Of a stretch of DNA of 40,000 nucleotides, positions 29,518-39,457 are shown in pieces; position 1 is the first letter of the stretch, and each line of letters opens with the position of its first letter. The notes under the pieces were generated by a model. It worked only from the letters and a program-made list of their open reading frames with translations. It ran no database searches and was not told where the DNA came from. The position numbers were made by a program, and so were the translations under genes. Origin of the DNA: Enterobacter sp. kpr-6 (GTDB lineage: Bacteria > Pseudomonadota > Gammaproteobacteria > Enterobacterales > Enterobacteriaceae); NCBI RefSeq assembly GCF_900116015.1, contig NZ_FOYH01000002.1:169163-209162 (forward strand), read 5' to 3'.

Positions 29518-30738
29518 TCATGAATTCGTAATATTTAGCGCTTTGCGCAAAATAAAAGGACAGACGATTAAAAACGCATATTCCGGGCTAAAAATTGAAC
29601 CGGTAAAAAACAGCGACACCGGGGTAAAAAGATAAAGTTGAACACGATAATTCCGATTATTGCCAAACGCGTTCATTGTCATTTTTACCACTTTAGCCAT
29701 GTACCAAATCGTCAGTAACACTGCGAACCAGGAAAAATAAATGATTAGCAGATACAAGCCATTGTCTATTGTTTTCCCGACGTCCGCACCGTTAAAGATT
29801 CCGAATGATGCAACATATTCGTAAAGAGATCCAAAACGTACCAGGCCATCAACGTTGGTTAATGAATACCCCACCATCGCCAGCGGTCCGATAATGCGAT
29901 AATAGGATGAAGATCCTTCCGTACCTAAATCACCGAGGCGTTCAGAAATATAGGGGAAAGCAAATACCACACCCACGATAAACGCCGCTAAAGAAATGAT
30001 TGCCAGAGGCAGCTTTTTCTTAATCGCCTCTTTATTCAGATACTGAAATGCCCACTCCAGTAGATAGAACAGGATAAACGTCATTACACCGGAGAAGGAC
30101 CCAGAAAGTATTATCCCTGCGAGAATCATAGCATCGGTCTTTGGGGTTTTGATACCAAACTGTTTGATGCTGAGCCAAATTGAGATTAATGCCAGAGCGA
30201 AGAAAGCCGGTTCGAAATACATCGCCGTGGTTCGCTTACCGCCAAACTTAATGAAATTCAGAACATAGCTGTTACTGTAAATCAGATATTTCGAAATATT
30301 CTCCATCAGGCTACTGCCGCCGGTGAGAATAATCTGCGCCATTTCCATTGCCGCCAGCGTGACGATAAAACCGACGACCAGATAAAAGAAGCGCAAAATC
30401 TTGCGGTAGTTATGCGGTGACACCCGCTTAAAGCGGATGCTCCACACCATGCCGATGATGATCACCAGGTAAATGAACAGCAGCGTCGAGGTGACATATT
30501 TCCCGGGGTTCAGCGACTGACCGAAAATGTAGTTAAAGAGGGTGAGCCCCGCACCGATGCCCAGTGCAATCATCAGCTTTTTGACGCTGATTTTTTCCAC
30601 ATACAGCAGCAGCAAGACCGGCAAAAAGGTCACGATAGTGATCGGAAAACTTTCGCCAAGCTGGGCAATTTTCACGTTAACCAGCAGGTAGATCAGCGGC
30701 AGCAGCAGATAGCTACAGATTCTGATAGAACGAGACAT
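29518..30738 (-). CDS. wcaD: Colanic acid polymerase WcaD
   Basis: The track ORF runs to 30810, but the conserved protein starts at ATG 30738 ([32 protein letters not shown], versus K-12 [19 protein letters not shown]). It is a polytopic membrane protein and overlaps the wcaC end by 26 nt. Confidence 0.9.
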   Translation of the reverse strand: MSRSIRICSYLLLPLIYLLVNVKIAQLGESFPITIVTFLPVLLLLYVEKISVKKLMIALGIGAGLTLFNYIFGQSLNPGKYVTSTLLFIYLVIIIGMVWSIRFKRVSPHNYRKILRFFYLVVGFIVTLAAMEMAQIILTGGSSLMENISKYLIYSNSYVLNFIKFGGKRTTAMYFEPAFFALALISIWLSIKQFGIKTPKTDAMILAGIILSGSFSGVMTFILFYLLEWAFQYLNKEAIKKKLPLAIISLAAFIVGVVFAFPYISERLGDLGTEGSSSYYRIIGPLAMVGYSLTNVDGLVRFGSLYEYVASFGIFNGADVGKTIDNGLYLLIIYFSWFAVLLTIWYMAKVVKMTMNAFGNNRNYRVQLYLFTPVSLFFTGSIFSPEYAFLIVCPFILRKALNITNS

Positions 30739-31930
30739 ACTCCTCCAGCATCTGTTGTCCACTGTAGGCCTCGCGGCTGCGCGCGCGGAACGCGTCAAGC
30801 GTGGTGCCAAATACCGCCTGGGCGATCTCCGCTTTCGGGCGCTGCACCAGCGGGATCACCTCTTCTTCAGCAAAGGTTTTGCCGCCCGATTTTTGCAGCA
30901 CTTCACGCGCCGCATCGCTGTGGGTGGCGATCACCGGCACGCCAATGGAGAGCGCTTCGCAGAGGATCAGCGGGTAGTTATCCACTCTGGAGCTGAACAC
31001 CAGCGCATCCATTTCATTAAGCGCGCTCATCAGTTTGCGCTTGTCGGTTTCAAACCCGTGATTAATGACATTTGCCCCTTCGAACGGGGAAAACTTGCCG
31101 AACGTGTGCAGTTCGATCTTATCGCCGAGCGCCATCATCTCGCGCACCAGCCGCTGATTGGTTTTGCCGTCGTAGCGCAGATCGTGGGCGACAACGGCAA
31201 TTTTCGGCGCGCCCTGGGTTTCACGTACCGGGGTGAGATCCGCCAGAATCGCCTCAGTCGCCACGTCGATGCCGTTATTAATAATCCGGCAGCGCCCTGC
31301 CCCGTACAGACTGTTGAAGGCGTCCGCCACGTGCTGGCTGGGGGAGATAAACTGGCAGCCGAGCGCCATCATGTCTCTGAACAGACGGCGTTTACCGCTG
31401 ACGAGTTGATGGGCACGGTCGATTTTTACCGGCGGATAGTTGTTGAGCGTCGGGCATTTCTGACACTCAGTTTTCCAGCCTTCGCAGCCGTCGGTAAAGG
31501 CGCAGCGCCCGGTCACGCTCCAGTGATCGTGCAGGGTCCAGATAAAGGTCACGTCCGGCTTGTGGGCTTTGACTTTCTGGCAGAAGGCGACCACCTCCTC
31601 CAGATTCAGCCAGTAGCTGTGCAGCACGTGAAAATGCAGTACCACCGGGCCCGGCGTGCGGGTCACGGTGCGGTAAAGCGGGTTAAGATTGCCAAATACA
31701 TCGCGGTTAAACAGGCGGAACAGCGCCAGGTTAGCGATTGAAGTCAGGCGCGGCGTCTGCTTGATCACCTGCGGAACGCGGTCGTGGCTGACGCTTTTTT
31801 TGCCGCCTTTGCCATAGCCATAGACAAAGCGCGAGGCCATGCCTTTTTGCAGCGCGCGCTGGTGTAAATCGAGGGCCACGCCTGCGGCTCCGCCTTCTGC
31901 CAGCCGCACGTTAAATTGTAAAATGTTCAT
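30713..31930 (-). CDS. wcaC: Colanic acid glycosyltransferase WcaC (GT4, Cys4 motif)
   Basis: 405 aa. MNILQFNVRLAEGGAAGVALDLHQRALQKG...TGRCAFTDGCEGWKTECQKCP. Synteny supports the call. Confidence 0.92.
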   Translation of the reverse strand: MNILQFNVRLAEGGAAGVALDLHQRALQKGMASRFVYGYGKGGKKSVSHDRVPQVIKQTPRLTSIANLALFRLFNRDVFGNLNPLYRTVTRTPGPVVLHFHVLHSYWLNLEEVVAFCQKVKAHKPDVTFIWTLHDHWSVTGRCAFTDGCEGWKTECQKCPTLNNYPPVKIDRAHQLVSGKRRLFRDMMALGCQFISPSQHVADAFNSLYGAGRCRIINNGIDVATEAILADLTPVRETQGAPKIAVVAHDLRYDGKTNQRLVREMMALGDKIELHTFGKFSPFEGANVINHGFETDKRKLMSALNEMDALVFSSRVDNYPLILCEALSIGVPVIATHSDAAREVLQKSGGKTFAEEEVIPLVQRPKAEIAQAVFGTTLDAFRARSREAYSGQQMLEEYVSFYQNL

Positions 31931-32421
31931 TTAATCACCTTCACGCGCGCTTTCTCACCCACCACCAGCGCGTTGTCCGGCACGCTGTCGAGCACCACGC
32001 TGCCCGCGCCAACGGTGACGTTGTTGCCAATGGTGATATCACCGATGATCACCACGTTGGCACCCAGCTCCACGTTGTTGCCAATCACCGGACAGGCCAG
32101 GCTGTCAGCCCCGCGGTTGCCGATGGTCACGCCATGGCGAATAGTGAAATCGTCCCCGGCCACCACGTTTTTATTGATCACCACCGCGTAGCCGTGATGA
32201 ATGGTGAACCGGCGTCCGATGGTCGCCGCCGCCTGAATTTCATAGCCAAACAGACATTCCGTCACGAAGCGGTAGAGCAGCAGAACGGGAGCGGCCCAGA
32301 GATTGTTAAGCACGTTTTTTTTGCGCCACACCGAGCAAAAATGGGCGATGCGGTAAGCCATCACCATGCAGCACGGACGCAGGCTCCAGTGATTAGCGCG
32401 AAAGTCGTCCAGTCGCATCAT
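31927..32421 (-). CDS. wcaB: Colanic acid O-acetyltransferase WcaB (serine-acetyltransferase-like hexapeptide)
   Basis: 164 aa. ...WSLRPCCMVMAYRIAHFCSVWRKKNVLNNLWAAP...IGRRFTIHHGYAVVINKNVVAGDDFTIRHGVTIGN. The start is ATG 32421 or 32418, overlapping the wcaA stop. Confidence 0.92.
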   Translation of the reverse strand: MMRLDDFRANHWSLRPCCMVMAYRIAHFCSVWRKKNVLNNLWAAPVLLLYRFVTECLFGYEIQAAATIGRRFTIHHGYAVVINKNVVAGDDFTIRHGVTIGNRGADSLACPVIGNNVELGANVVIIGDITIGNNVTVGAGSVVLDSVPDNALVVGEKARVKVIK

Positions 32422-33263
32422 TTACCCCGTAACCCGTCTGCCAGACGCTTGCCGTTACGCACGGAAAGCAGGGTTAACAGCGTGCGCCAGGTCATGCGCT
32501 TATTGCGGATCTGGTAGAGCGTAAACAGCTGGTACTTCTTGCTTGCACGGTCGAATTTGTCTTTGTGCTTGCGATAAAAGTGGAAGTAGCCGGAGAATTT
32601 TTTCGGCGAAGCGGTGATCTGCATCTCGCCGTGATTGACGTGCAGGATCTGCGTGGCGTCGTCCACTTTCCACGGCTCGCCGTACTCCACGACCATGCGC
32701 AGGAAAATGTCGTAATCCTGAGCCGCCTTCAGCTCGGTATCAAACAGACTCTCTTTAAAGCGCCAGGCCCAGGTAAATACCTGATTGCCAATGATGTTGC
32801 GCTTATAAAAGAGTCGGCGGGAATACGGGGACTTCGGGTACAGCGGCAGACTGGCGGGCTGGGCGTAAACCTCCCCCTCGCAGACATAATCATTGGCGTA
32901 TAAAAACGCGTGCGTCACCAACTGGTGCTTGTGCGCCAGAAATACCGACAGGCGGTTCGGCGTCCATTCGTCGTCATCGTCGATGCCGGTAATGTAGTGC
33001 CCCTTCGCCTGCAAAATCGCCTGATTGCGCACCGCACAAGCCCCGGAGTTGAAGGCGTTACGCGTATAGGTGACGCGCGGATCGCCCAGCGATTCGACAA
33101 ACTGCGCAAGCTGTTCATAAGAGGAGGAACAGTCGTCGACGATGATCATCTCCCAGTGGGGATAATCCTGACGTAAGACGGATTTAATCGCCCGGATCGC
33201 TAACTGCTGACGATTCCAGGTCGGCATGTAAATTGAGATCAATGGGTTAGCTGTAGTTGTCAT
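32418..33263 (-). CDS. wcaA: Colanic acid glycosyltransferase WcaA (GT2)
   Basis: NPLISIYMPTWNRQQLAIRAIKSVLRQDY..WEMIIVDDCS...GIDDDDEW. The track start is 33269 (MDMTTT...). ATG 33263 has better GGGGA spacing (6 nt), but either start is possible. Confidence 0.9.
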   Translation of the reverse strand: MTTTANPLISIYMPTWNRQQLAIRAIKSVLRQDYPHWEMIIVDDCSSSYEQLAQFVESLGDPRVTYTRNAFNSGACAVRNQAILQAKGHYITGIDDDDEWTPNRLSVFLAHKHQLVTHAFLYANDYVCEGEVYAQPASLPLYPKSPYSRRLFYKRNIIGNQVFTWAWRFKESLFDTELKAAQDYDIFLRMVVEYGEPWKVDDATQILHVNHGEMQITASPKKFSGYFHFYRKHKDKFDRASKKYQLFTLYQIRNKRMTWRTLLTLLSVRNGKRLADGLRGK

Positions 33264-33291
33264 ATCCATTCCCCGAATAAGTCTGTTTTAA

Positions 33292-33367
33292 CCCTCACCC
33301 CGGCCCTCTCCCTGAGGGAGAGGGAGGTTTCGTCCCCTCTCCCTCAGGGAGAGGGTTAGGGTGAGGG
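33292..33367. repeat. Composite nested-palindrome repeat, wcaA/wzc junction
   Basis: CCCTCACCCCGGCCCTCTCCC-tga-GGGAGAGGG-ag-gtttcgtc-CCCTCTCCC-tca-GGGAGAGGG-tta-GGGTGAGGG. Confidence 0.9.
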
Positions 33368-33383
33368 TGAACATAAAAGCGCC

Positions 33384-35546
33384 CTACTTCGAATCCGACT
33401 TATATTCGTACTCGTAGTAGCCATAATCCTGATACCCGGTCGCGCGGCGGAAGATGGAGTTCAGGATCACCCCTTTCACCGTAATGCCGTTCTGCGCGAA
33501 GCGGTTGAGGCTGGTTTCGACCTCTTTCAGCGTGTTCACCGCGTAACGGGTCACCATCAGGGTGGTGCCCGCGTGGCGACCGACGACAGCCGCGTCGGTG
33601 ACGGCGAGGATTGGCGGGGTATCGATCAGCACCAGGTCATACTGGCTGCTGGCCCACTCAATCAGTTGCGTGAAGCGTTCGCTCATTAACAGCTCTGACG
33701 GGTTCGGCGGCACCTGGCCGCGCGGTACAAGATCAAAGTGGGTAATGGAGGTCGGTTTGGCGCAGGCGGAAATGTCGCCGTTGCCCGCCAGCACGTCCGA
33801 CAGACCGTTGATGTTGTCAGTGCCAAGCAGTTCATGGGTGTAGCCTTTACGCATATCGCAGTCGATCAGCAGCACGCGTTTGTTGGTCTGACTGACCACC
33901 GCCGCCAGGTTGGCGCAGACAAAGGTTTTACCGATGGACGGGCTTACCCCGGTCATCATCAGCACGTTATTGCTGGCCTGCATCATGGCGAAGTGCAGAC
34001 TGGTGCGCAGACTACGGATGGCTTCAATCGCCAGATCGGTTGGGTTGCCGACCGCCAGCAACTGGCTCTGTTTATAACGCTTCGAACCTTTAACGGTTTT
34101 GGCGTTGTCGCGGGATTTTTGCCACTCGGAAAGCGGGATGCTGGCGTAGACGCTGATCCCCTGCTCTTCCAGAACCTGCGGGCTTTCGATGCCACGGTTA
34201 AACAGCGAGCGCAGCAGCACGCCGACAATCGACAGCATCAGGCCGAGAATAATGCTGCCCAGTACGATCAGCGCTTTCTTCGGCTTCAGCACGCCCGGCT
34301 GGGTGATGGCCGGATCGACAATCCGCACATCGCCAACGGTGCTGGCTTCGGTGATTTTCAGTTCCTGCTGTTTGTTCAGCAGCGCCATATAAACCTGCTG
34401 CCCGGACTCCACATCACGCGTCAGACGCACAATTTCCTGCTGCGTTTTCGGCATGGCGGTGACGCGCCCGTTCAGTTTCTCTTTCTCATCTTCCAGCGCT
34501 TTACGTTTTTCCAGCAACGTGCGGTAGGCCGGGTGCGCTTTGGTGTAGAGCTTGGAGATTTCCGCTTCTTTAAAGGTCAGCTCGTTAAGCTGGGCGTCGA
34601 TGTTGACCATCGAATCGAGCACCGCTTTGGCTTCCAGCGGCAGATCCACCGAGTCTTTATCCTGACGGAACGCGTTGAGTTTGTTCTCAGCGATATCCAG
34701 ATGGGAACGCACTTCCGGCAGTTGTTTCGCGAGGAACGCCAGGCTCTTGGCCGCTTCTTCCGATTTGCGCGCCACGTTCTGCTCAAGGTAGTTGCGCATA
34801 ATGCTGTTCAGAATGACGCGGATCTGATCTTTGTCTTCGCCGGTAAAGGTCAGGCTTAATACGCCAGTGTCTTTGCCGTTTTCCGTCACCGTCAGATTGT
34901 TTTGCAATGAGTTAATCATGCCCAGCGACGAATATTTGGTGACGGTAAATTCCTGACCGGCGGAGGAAGCAATCGCATCGACCTGTAAGGTCACGCCGTC
35001 TTTATCCAGCAGCTTGCCGACTTCGCCTTTGGCGCTGAATCCGGCGTCGCTGGTCAGTTGATACTCTTTAGGCCCGAGCACGCGCAGGGTAAAGATCTGG
35101 TCGCCTGCGCCTTTCGGGATGGTAAAGGTGCTGACTTTTACCGTCTCATTCTGGCGGCCCATCAGCCGCTCCCAGCCCGCGCCAAACACCGGGAAGGTGT
35201 TCTTGCTGACCGCGATATCCAGGTCCAGCTCGTCCACGGTTTTGCCGAGCACCAGGCGCGATTTAAGCAACTGGATTTCTGCTTCCGAGGCAGGCGGTTT
35301 GTTCGAGAGCGCGCTGTTGAGGTTTTGCACCAGCGAGTTGCCGGTATCCTGCTCAATCTGTACCAGCGCGTCGGCGCTATAAATCGGCGTGGCAAACAGG
35401 GTGTAAATCACCGCCGCCACCGCGAAGACCGCCGTGATGCCGATGACCCACCAGCGCGCTTCGATCACCGTCCCGACAAGGCGGCCCAGATCAATTTCAT
35501 CGCTACCCGTCTGAGGGGTCGAAGAATGGTGTATTTTGTCTGTCAT
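33384..35546 (-). CDS. wzc: Tyrosine autokinase / polysaccharide co-polymerase Wzc
   Basis: The track ORF extends to 35582. The conserved start is ATG 35546 (MTDKIHHSSTPQTGSDEIDLGRLVGTVIEARWWVIG), giving 720 aa as in K-12. It has Walker A GVSPSIGKT and a C-terminal Tyr cluster YQDYGYYEYEYK. Confidence 0.95.
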   Translation of the reverse strand: MTDKIHHSSTPQTGSDEIDLGRLVGTVIEARWWVIGITAVFAVAAVIYTLFATPIYSADALVQIEQDTGNSLVQNLNSALSNKPPASEAEIQLLKSRLVLGKTVDELDLDIAVSKNTFPVFGAGWERLMGRQNETVKVSTFTIPKGAGDQIFTLRVLGPKEYQLTSDAGFSAKGEVGKLLDKDGVTLQVDAIASSAGQEFTVTKYSSLGMINSLQNNLTVTENGKDTGVLSLTFTGEDKDQIRVILNSIMRNYLEQNVARKSEEAAKSLAFLAKQLPEVRSHLDIAENKLNAFRQDKDSVDLPLEAKAVLDSMVNIDAQLNELTFKEAEISKLYTKAHPAYRTLLEKRKALEDEKEKLNGRVTAMPKTQQEIVRLTRDVESGQQVYMALLNKQQELKITEASTVGDVRIVDPAITQPGVLKPKKALIVLGSIILGLMLSIVGVLLRSLFNRGIESPQVLEEQGISVYASIPLSEWQKSRDNAKTVKGSKRYKQSQLLAVGNPTDLAIEAIRSLRTSLHFAMMQASNNVLMMTGVSPSIGKTFVCANLAAVVSQTNKRVLLIDCDMRKGYTHELLGTDNINGLSDVLAGNGDISACAKPTSITHFDLVPRGQVPPNPSELLMSERFTQLIEWASSQYDLVLIDTPPILAVTDAAVVGRHAGTTLMVTRYAVNTLKEVETSLNRFAQNGITVKGVILNSIFRRATGYQDYGYYEYEYKSDSK

Positions 35547-35548
35547 TG

Positions 35549-35992
35549 TTATCCCTGCTGAACGTTCAAGGCCTGCGCCCACTGGCGGGCAGATCTGTCG
35601 AGTAAGCTGTAAACTGCCTCAAAGGCTTCAAGGCTTTTACGGTACGGATCGGGAATTTCGCGCTCCGCGTCCCAGTGACCGAACAGCATCACCTTGCCGC
35701 GCATCTCCGGTGCGATATCGCACAGAGAATCGATGTGGCGTTTTTCCATCACCAGAATCAGATCGTATTCACGGCACATCCGCGCCGAGATCTGCCGGGC
35801 GCTGTGGCCTTCCAGGGAAACATCATGTTTTGCTGCAACAGAAAGGGCATTCGCATCGGCCCCTTTTCCGACCAGCGCCCCCAGCCCTGCCGAGTCGACG
35901 GTCAGGTTGGGGTTATACGTCTTCAGTAACCGTTCAGCGGTGGGCGACCGGCAAATGTTGCCCACACAGACCACCAGGATTTTATTAAACAT
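35549..35992 (-). CDS. wzb: Low-molecular-weight protein-tyrosine phosphatase Wzb
   Basis: 147 aa. ILVVCVGNICRSPTAE contains the C-x5-R-S P-loop. Confidence 0.95.
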   Translation of the reverse strand: MFNKILVVCVGNICRSPTAERLLKTYNPNLTVDSAGLGALVGKGADANALSVAAKHDVSLEGHSARQISARMCREYDLILVMEKRHIDSLCDIAPEMRGKVMLFGHWDAEREIPDPYRKSLEAFEAVYSLLDRSARQWAQALNVQQG

Positions 35993-35995
35993 CGC

Positions 35996-37138
35996 TTATT
36001 CCCAGTTCCGTAAGTCGCTGGCCGTGTCGGTCATGTAGCGAACGCCACTGATGGTCGGCAACAACTGATTGATGAGACGGTTCCAGCGGGCAACCGGCGC
36101 GGTCGTGACGTACACCACGTCGTAAGGCTGGAGGCGGAATTCGGTCGCCATAACCAGCGAGGTCGCATCGGACATATCGAGCTGGTAGATGTTGGCAATT
36201 TTGCCGCCGCGTCCACCCTCGCCTTTCAGCGGACGGATCACGAAGATGCCGCTGGCGTTGGAGGTGTTCATATCCAGACCTTCTGCCTGGCCGAGCGCTT
36301 CGGTCAGCGTCATGCCGCTGAAGTCCATTTTGAGGGTGCTCTGTTTTTTCACTTCACCCATCACGAAGACTTTCAGGTCATCGTTACGCGGAACAAAGAG
36401 GATGTCGCCCGGATAAAGCAGGCGGTTCTGGCTCAGGTCGCCGTTTTGCATCAGCGCCTGCAAAGAAATGCGTTGTTCGCGGCCTTCGTGGGTTAAGACC
36501 ACGTTGCGCCAGTCGGCGTTATCGGTTAACCCGCCCGCGGCGTTGATGGCGTCCAGCACCGTCAGCGGGACGTTGGTGATCGCCTGCTGGCCGGATTTAT
36601 TCACCTGACCTGATACATAGGCTTTTTGCGAGCGGAACCCAGCGATATTAACGTCCACCTGCGGGTCAGCGATGTACTGCGCTAAGCGGCTGGTAATATC
36701 ACTGCGGATCTCTCCCAGAGTTTTACCGACCACGTGGACTTTGCCGATATAGGGATAAAACATGCTGCCATCCGGCTGCACCCAGTTACCGGCTTCGCTG
36801 GAGCTGCGATACTGCCCGGCGGGGGTGGTCAGTTCCGGGTGATCCCAGACGGTGACGTTCAGAACATCACCGGGACCGACGCGGTACTGATAAGCGGCGA
36901 TCTCCTGATCCAGTGACATATTCGGCTGTGCGACATTAGGACGGGGACGTAACTGTTCCACCAGTCGGGGAGTCAAAGGATAAACATTCACCATGCGGTC
37001 GAGATCAAAATCAGCATCTTGCTGCTTAATCACATCCTTTCCCATGGTTGACATATTGCTGCCGGGAAAAACCGTGCAACCACTCATCAAGGTCACAGAC
37101 ACCAATAATGGCATCAATTTCATTTTGGATTTCATCAT
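35996..37138 (-). CDS. wza: Outer-membrane polysaccharide export lipoprotein Wza (OPX)
   Basis: 380 aa. [21 protein letters not shown] contains the lipobox L-M-S-G-C. The PES/SLBB body is colinear with recalled E. coli Wza. Confidence 0.95.
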   Translation of the reverse strand: MMKSKMKLMPLLVSVTLMSGCTVFPGSNMSTMGKDVIKQQDADFDLDRMVNVYPLTPRLVEQLRPRPNVAQPNMSLDQEIAAYQYRVGPGDVLNVTVWDHPELTTPAGQYRSSSEAGNWVQPDGSMFYPYIGKVHVVGKTLGEIRSDITSRLAQYIADPQVDVNIAGFRSQKAYVSGQVNKSGQQAITNVPLTVLDAINAAGGLTDNADWRNVVLTHEGREQRISLQALMQNGDLSQNRLLYPGDILFVPRNDDLKVFVMGEVKKQSTLKMDFSGMTLTEALGQAEGLDMNTSNASGIFVIRPLKGEGGRGGKIANIYQLDMSDATSLVMATEFRLQPYDVVYVTTAPVARWNRLINQLLPTISGVRYMTDTASDLRNWE

Positions 37139-37315
37139 TGATTATTTATCACTTTGGCAGAGTAATTATCCTGTGCGGCTTTAATAAGCATTAACTTTAT
37201 TCCTGATTAGCATGCAGATAACTGCCGCCGAATATAACTGGCATCAGTCCTAAAAATGCTTATTTCAACGCAATTTTTTAACAGAATAACCGGGGCTCAT
37301 TGACGCGTCTCCAGG

Positions 37316-37354
37316 CACGCTACCGCCCCTGGCTTCCAGATACCAATCCTCTGA
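37316..37354 (-). promoter_or_regulatory. JUMPStart element with ops site in the wza (colanic acid) leader
   Basis: The minus strand reads tcagaggattggtatctggaagccagGGGCGGTAGCGTG. The ops core is at 37327..37316, about 180 nt upstream of the wza ATG. The 3' 19 nt are identical to the O-antigen copy. Confidence 0.9.
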
Positions 37355-37593
37355 TAAAACAGATAGTTATAGATATTCTCTACAGATACAAATGTACTGA
37401 TATAATAACGAACTATTCAGGCCGAACTGGCAGGAAAGACTATCATGACGTGGCAAAGCATAATTAATATTACACCCAGCAAATGCTTTGTTACGCCCGA
37501 GGAATTGTTGCAGCTAACCCTATACCAGGCAAGGTAACATCCTCCTGGTCTGCTATTTTTAAGATTAATATTAAGCGCAAATTTTCGGACTTT

Positions 37594-37607
37594 TAGGAAT
37601 TACTTTA
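37594..37607 (-). promoter_or_regulatory. Candidate RcsAB box upstream of the wza promoter
   Basis: Minus-strand TAAAGTAATTCCTA matches 10/14 of the RcsAB consensus as I recall it (TaAGaatatTCctA). It lies about 240 nt upstream of JUMPStart, so the position is plausible. The transcription start is not determinable from sequence. Confidence 0.35.
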
Positions 37608-37802
37608 GGTTGACAAAGTATATATATAGCTTTACGAATGCGAAATATCCTAATTTGCGGGAGTATTCCAGATCGTTAATTAATCACAGTAATATTAAGG
37701 ATAAGTCATTTTTATGTCATTTTCCGCGAAATAGATTATTCGGATAAATCGCAGGGGAATATTGCAATTGTGGTTTTTATTATCCATGATCTTCAGGTCA
37801 TT

Positions 37803-37861
37803 TAACGAAAGGTACAACCCCCTAATGGAATGTAACGAAAGGTATAAACACTAATGGAATG
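37803..37861 (+). repeat. 30/29-bp tandem direct duplication of the yegH translation-initiation region (creates a 9-codon uORF 37825..37854)
   Basis: Unit 1 is taacgaaaggtacaaccccctaATGgaatg (37803..37832). Unit 2 is taacgaaaggtataaacactaATGgaatg (37833..37861). The first 12 and last 10 nt are identical. Confidence 0.8.
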
Positions 37862-39437
37862 GATTGCCGATCCGTCAATCTGGGCCGGATTGTTCACACT
37901 GATCGTGATCGAACTGGTGCTCGGCATTGATAACCTGGTCTTTATTGCCATCCTTGCAGAAAAACTTCCTCCTTCACAGCGTGACCGCGCGCGCGTGACG
38001 GGCCTGATTCTGGCAATGCTCATGCGCCTGCTGCTGCTGGCGTCAATCTCCTGGCTTGTGACGCTGACGAACCCACTGTTTACCGTGCGCGGTCTCAGTT
38101 TCAGCGCCCGCGATTTAATAATGCTGTTTGGCGGCCTCTTTTTACTGTTCAAAGCGACGGTTGAGTTAAACGAGCGGCTGGAGGGCAAAGACAGCGACAA
38201 CCCCACGCAGCGCCGGGGGGCAAAATTTTGGGCTGTGGTGACACAAATTGTTATTCTGGACGCGGTTTTCTCTCTCGACTCGGTGATCACCGCCGTCGGG
38301 ATGGTCGATCACCTCCCGGTGATGATGGCCGCGGTGATTATCGCCATTTCATTAATGCTGCTCGCCAGCAAAGCGTTAACCCGTTTCGTCAATAACCATC
38401 CCACTATCGTCATTCTCTGTCTCAGCTTCCTGCTGATGATTGGTTTTAGCCTGATCGCCGATGGCTTTGGATTCCATATACCGAAAGGCTACCTGTACGC
38501 CGCGATTGGTTTCTCGGTAATGATTGAAGCGCTCAATCAACTGGCGATCTTCAACCGCCGCCGCTTCCTGTTTGCCGATAACACTTTGCGTCAGCGCACT
38601 ACGGAAGCGGTGATGCGCCTGCTTAGCGGGCGTAAAGAAGACGCCGAGCTGGATGTAGAAACTGCGTCAATGCTGGCGGATCACGACGACACGCAGATTT
38701 TTAATACTCAGGAAAGGCTGATGATTGAGCGGGTGCTGAACCTCAATCAGCGCACCGTAAGCAGCATCATGACCTCCCGCCACGATATCGAATACATCGA
38801 CCTCACCGCCCCCGAGGAGGAGATCCGCGAGCTGCTGGATAAAAATCAGCATACGCGGGTGGTGGTCACCGGTGGTGACGGCGCGGAAGATCTGCTCGGC
38901 GTGGTGCATATTCTGGATCTGCTCCAGCAGGCGATGCGCGGCGAACCGCTGAATTTAGAGGTGCTGATCCGTCAGCCGCTGGTGTTCCCGGAAGGGCTGC
39001 CGCTGTTGCAGGCGCTGGAACAGTTCCGCAACGCCCGCACGCACTTTGCCTTTGTGGTGGATGAATTTGGTTCGGTTGAAGGGGTGGTGACGCTCAGCGA
39101 CGTGATGGAAACTATCGCCGGGAATTTGCCGAATGAAGTGGAAGAGATCGATGCCCGTCATGATATCCAGAAAAACGCAGACGGAAGCTGGACGGCGAAC
39201 GGTCATATGCCGCTGGAAGACCTGGTGCAGTACGTTCCATTGCCGCTTGATGATAAGCGCGAATACCACACCATTGCCGGGCTGCTGATGGAGCATTTGC
39301 AGCGCATCCCGCAGGTGGGTGAGGAAGTGCAGGTCGGGGATTTCCGGCTTAAAACGCTGCAGGTGGAAAGCCACCGGGTGCAGAAGGTGCAGATTGTGCC
39401 GCTGAGGGTTGAGGAAGAGATGAATTACGAGGTGTGA
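37854..39437 (+). CDS. yegH: TerC-family integral membrane protein with CBS pair and CorC/HlyC C-terminal domain, YegH
   Basis: 527 aa. [39 protein letters not shown] is the TerC N-terminus. The C-terminal ...[20 protein letters not shown]... is the CBS/CorC region. It is colinear with recalled E. coli YegH. Confidence 0.93.
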   Translation: MEWIADPSIWAGLFTLIVIELVLGIDNLVFIAILAEKLPPSQRDRARVTGLILAMLMRLLLLASISWLVTLTNPLFTVRGLSFSARDLIMLFGGLFLLFKATVELNERLEGKDSDNPTQRRGAKFWAVVTQIVILDAVFSLDSVITAVGMVDHLPVMMAAVIIAISLMLLASKALTRFVNNHPTIVILCLSFLLMIGFSLIADGFGFHIPKGYLYAAIGFSVMIEALNQLAIFNRRRFLFADNTLRQRTTEAVMRLLSGRKEDAELDVETASMLADHDDTQIFNTQERLMIERVLNLNQRTVSSIMTSRHDIEYIDLTAPEEEIRELLDKNQHTRVVVTGGDGAEDLLGVVHILDLLQQAMRGEPLNLEVLIRQPLVFPEGLPLLQALEQFRNARTHFAFVVDEFGSVEGVVTLSDVMETIAGNLPNEVEEIDARHDIQKNADGSWTANGHMPLEDLVQYVPLPLDDKREYHTIAGLLMEHLQRIPQVGEEVQVGDFRLKTLQVESHRVQKVQIVPLRVEEEMNYEV

Positions 39438-39457
39438 TGGGGTGTGGGGGGAATACA

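Noticed and set aside
37621-37800. Alternative RcsAB-box-like and promoter-like matches in the AT-rich wza-yegH intergenic region, e.g. TAAGGATAAGTCAT near 37697 and TTGCAA-17-CATGAT near 37762
   Set aside because: These match the consensus at only 8/14 or 4/6 positions in very AT-rich DNA, where such matches arise by chance. They cannot be separated from background without TSS data.
37802-38290. 162-aa minus-strand ORF overlapping the yegH start
   Set aside because: It is antisense to the conserved TerC domain of yegH. Its composition is Ser/Arg-rich with no motifs, and it has no Shine-Dalgarno or promoter context.
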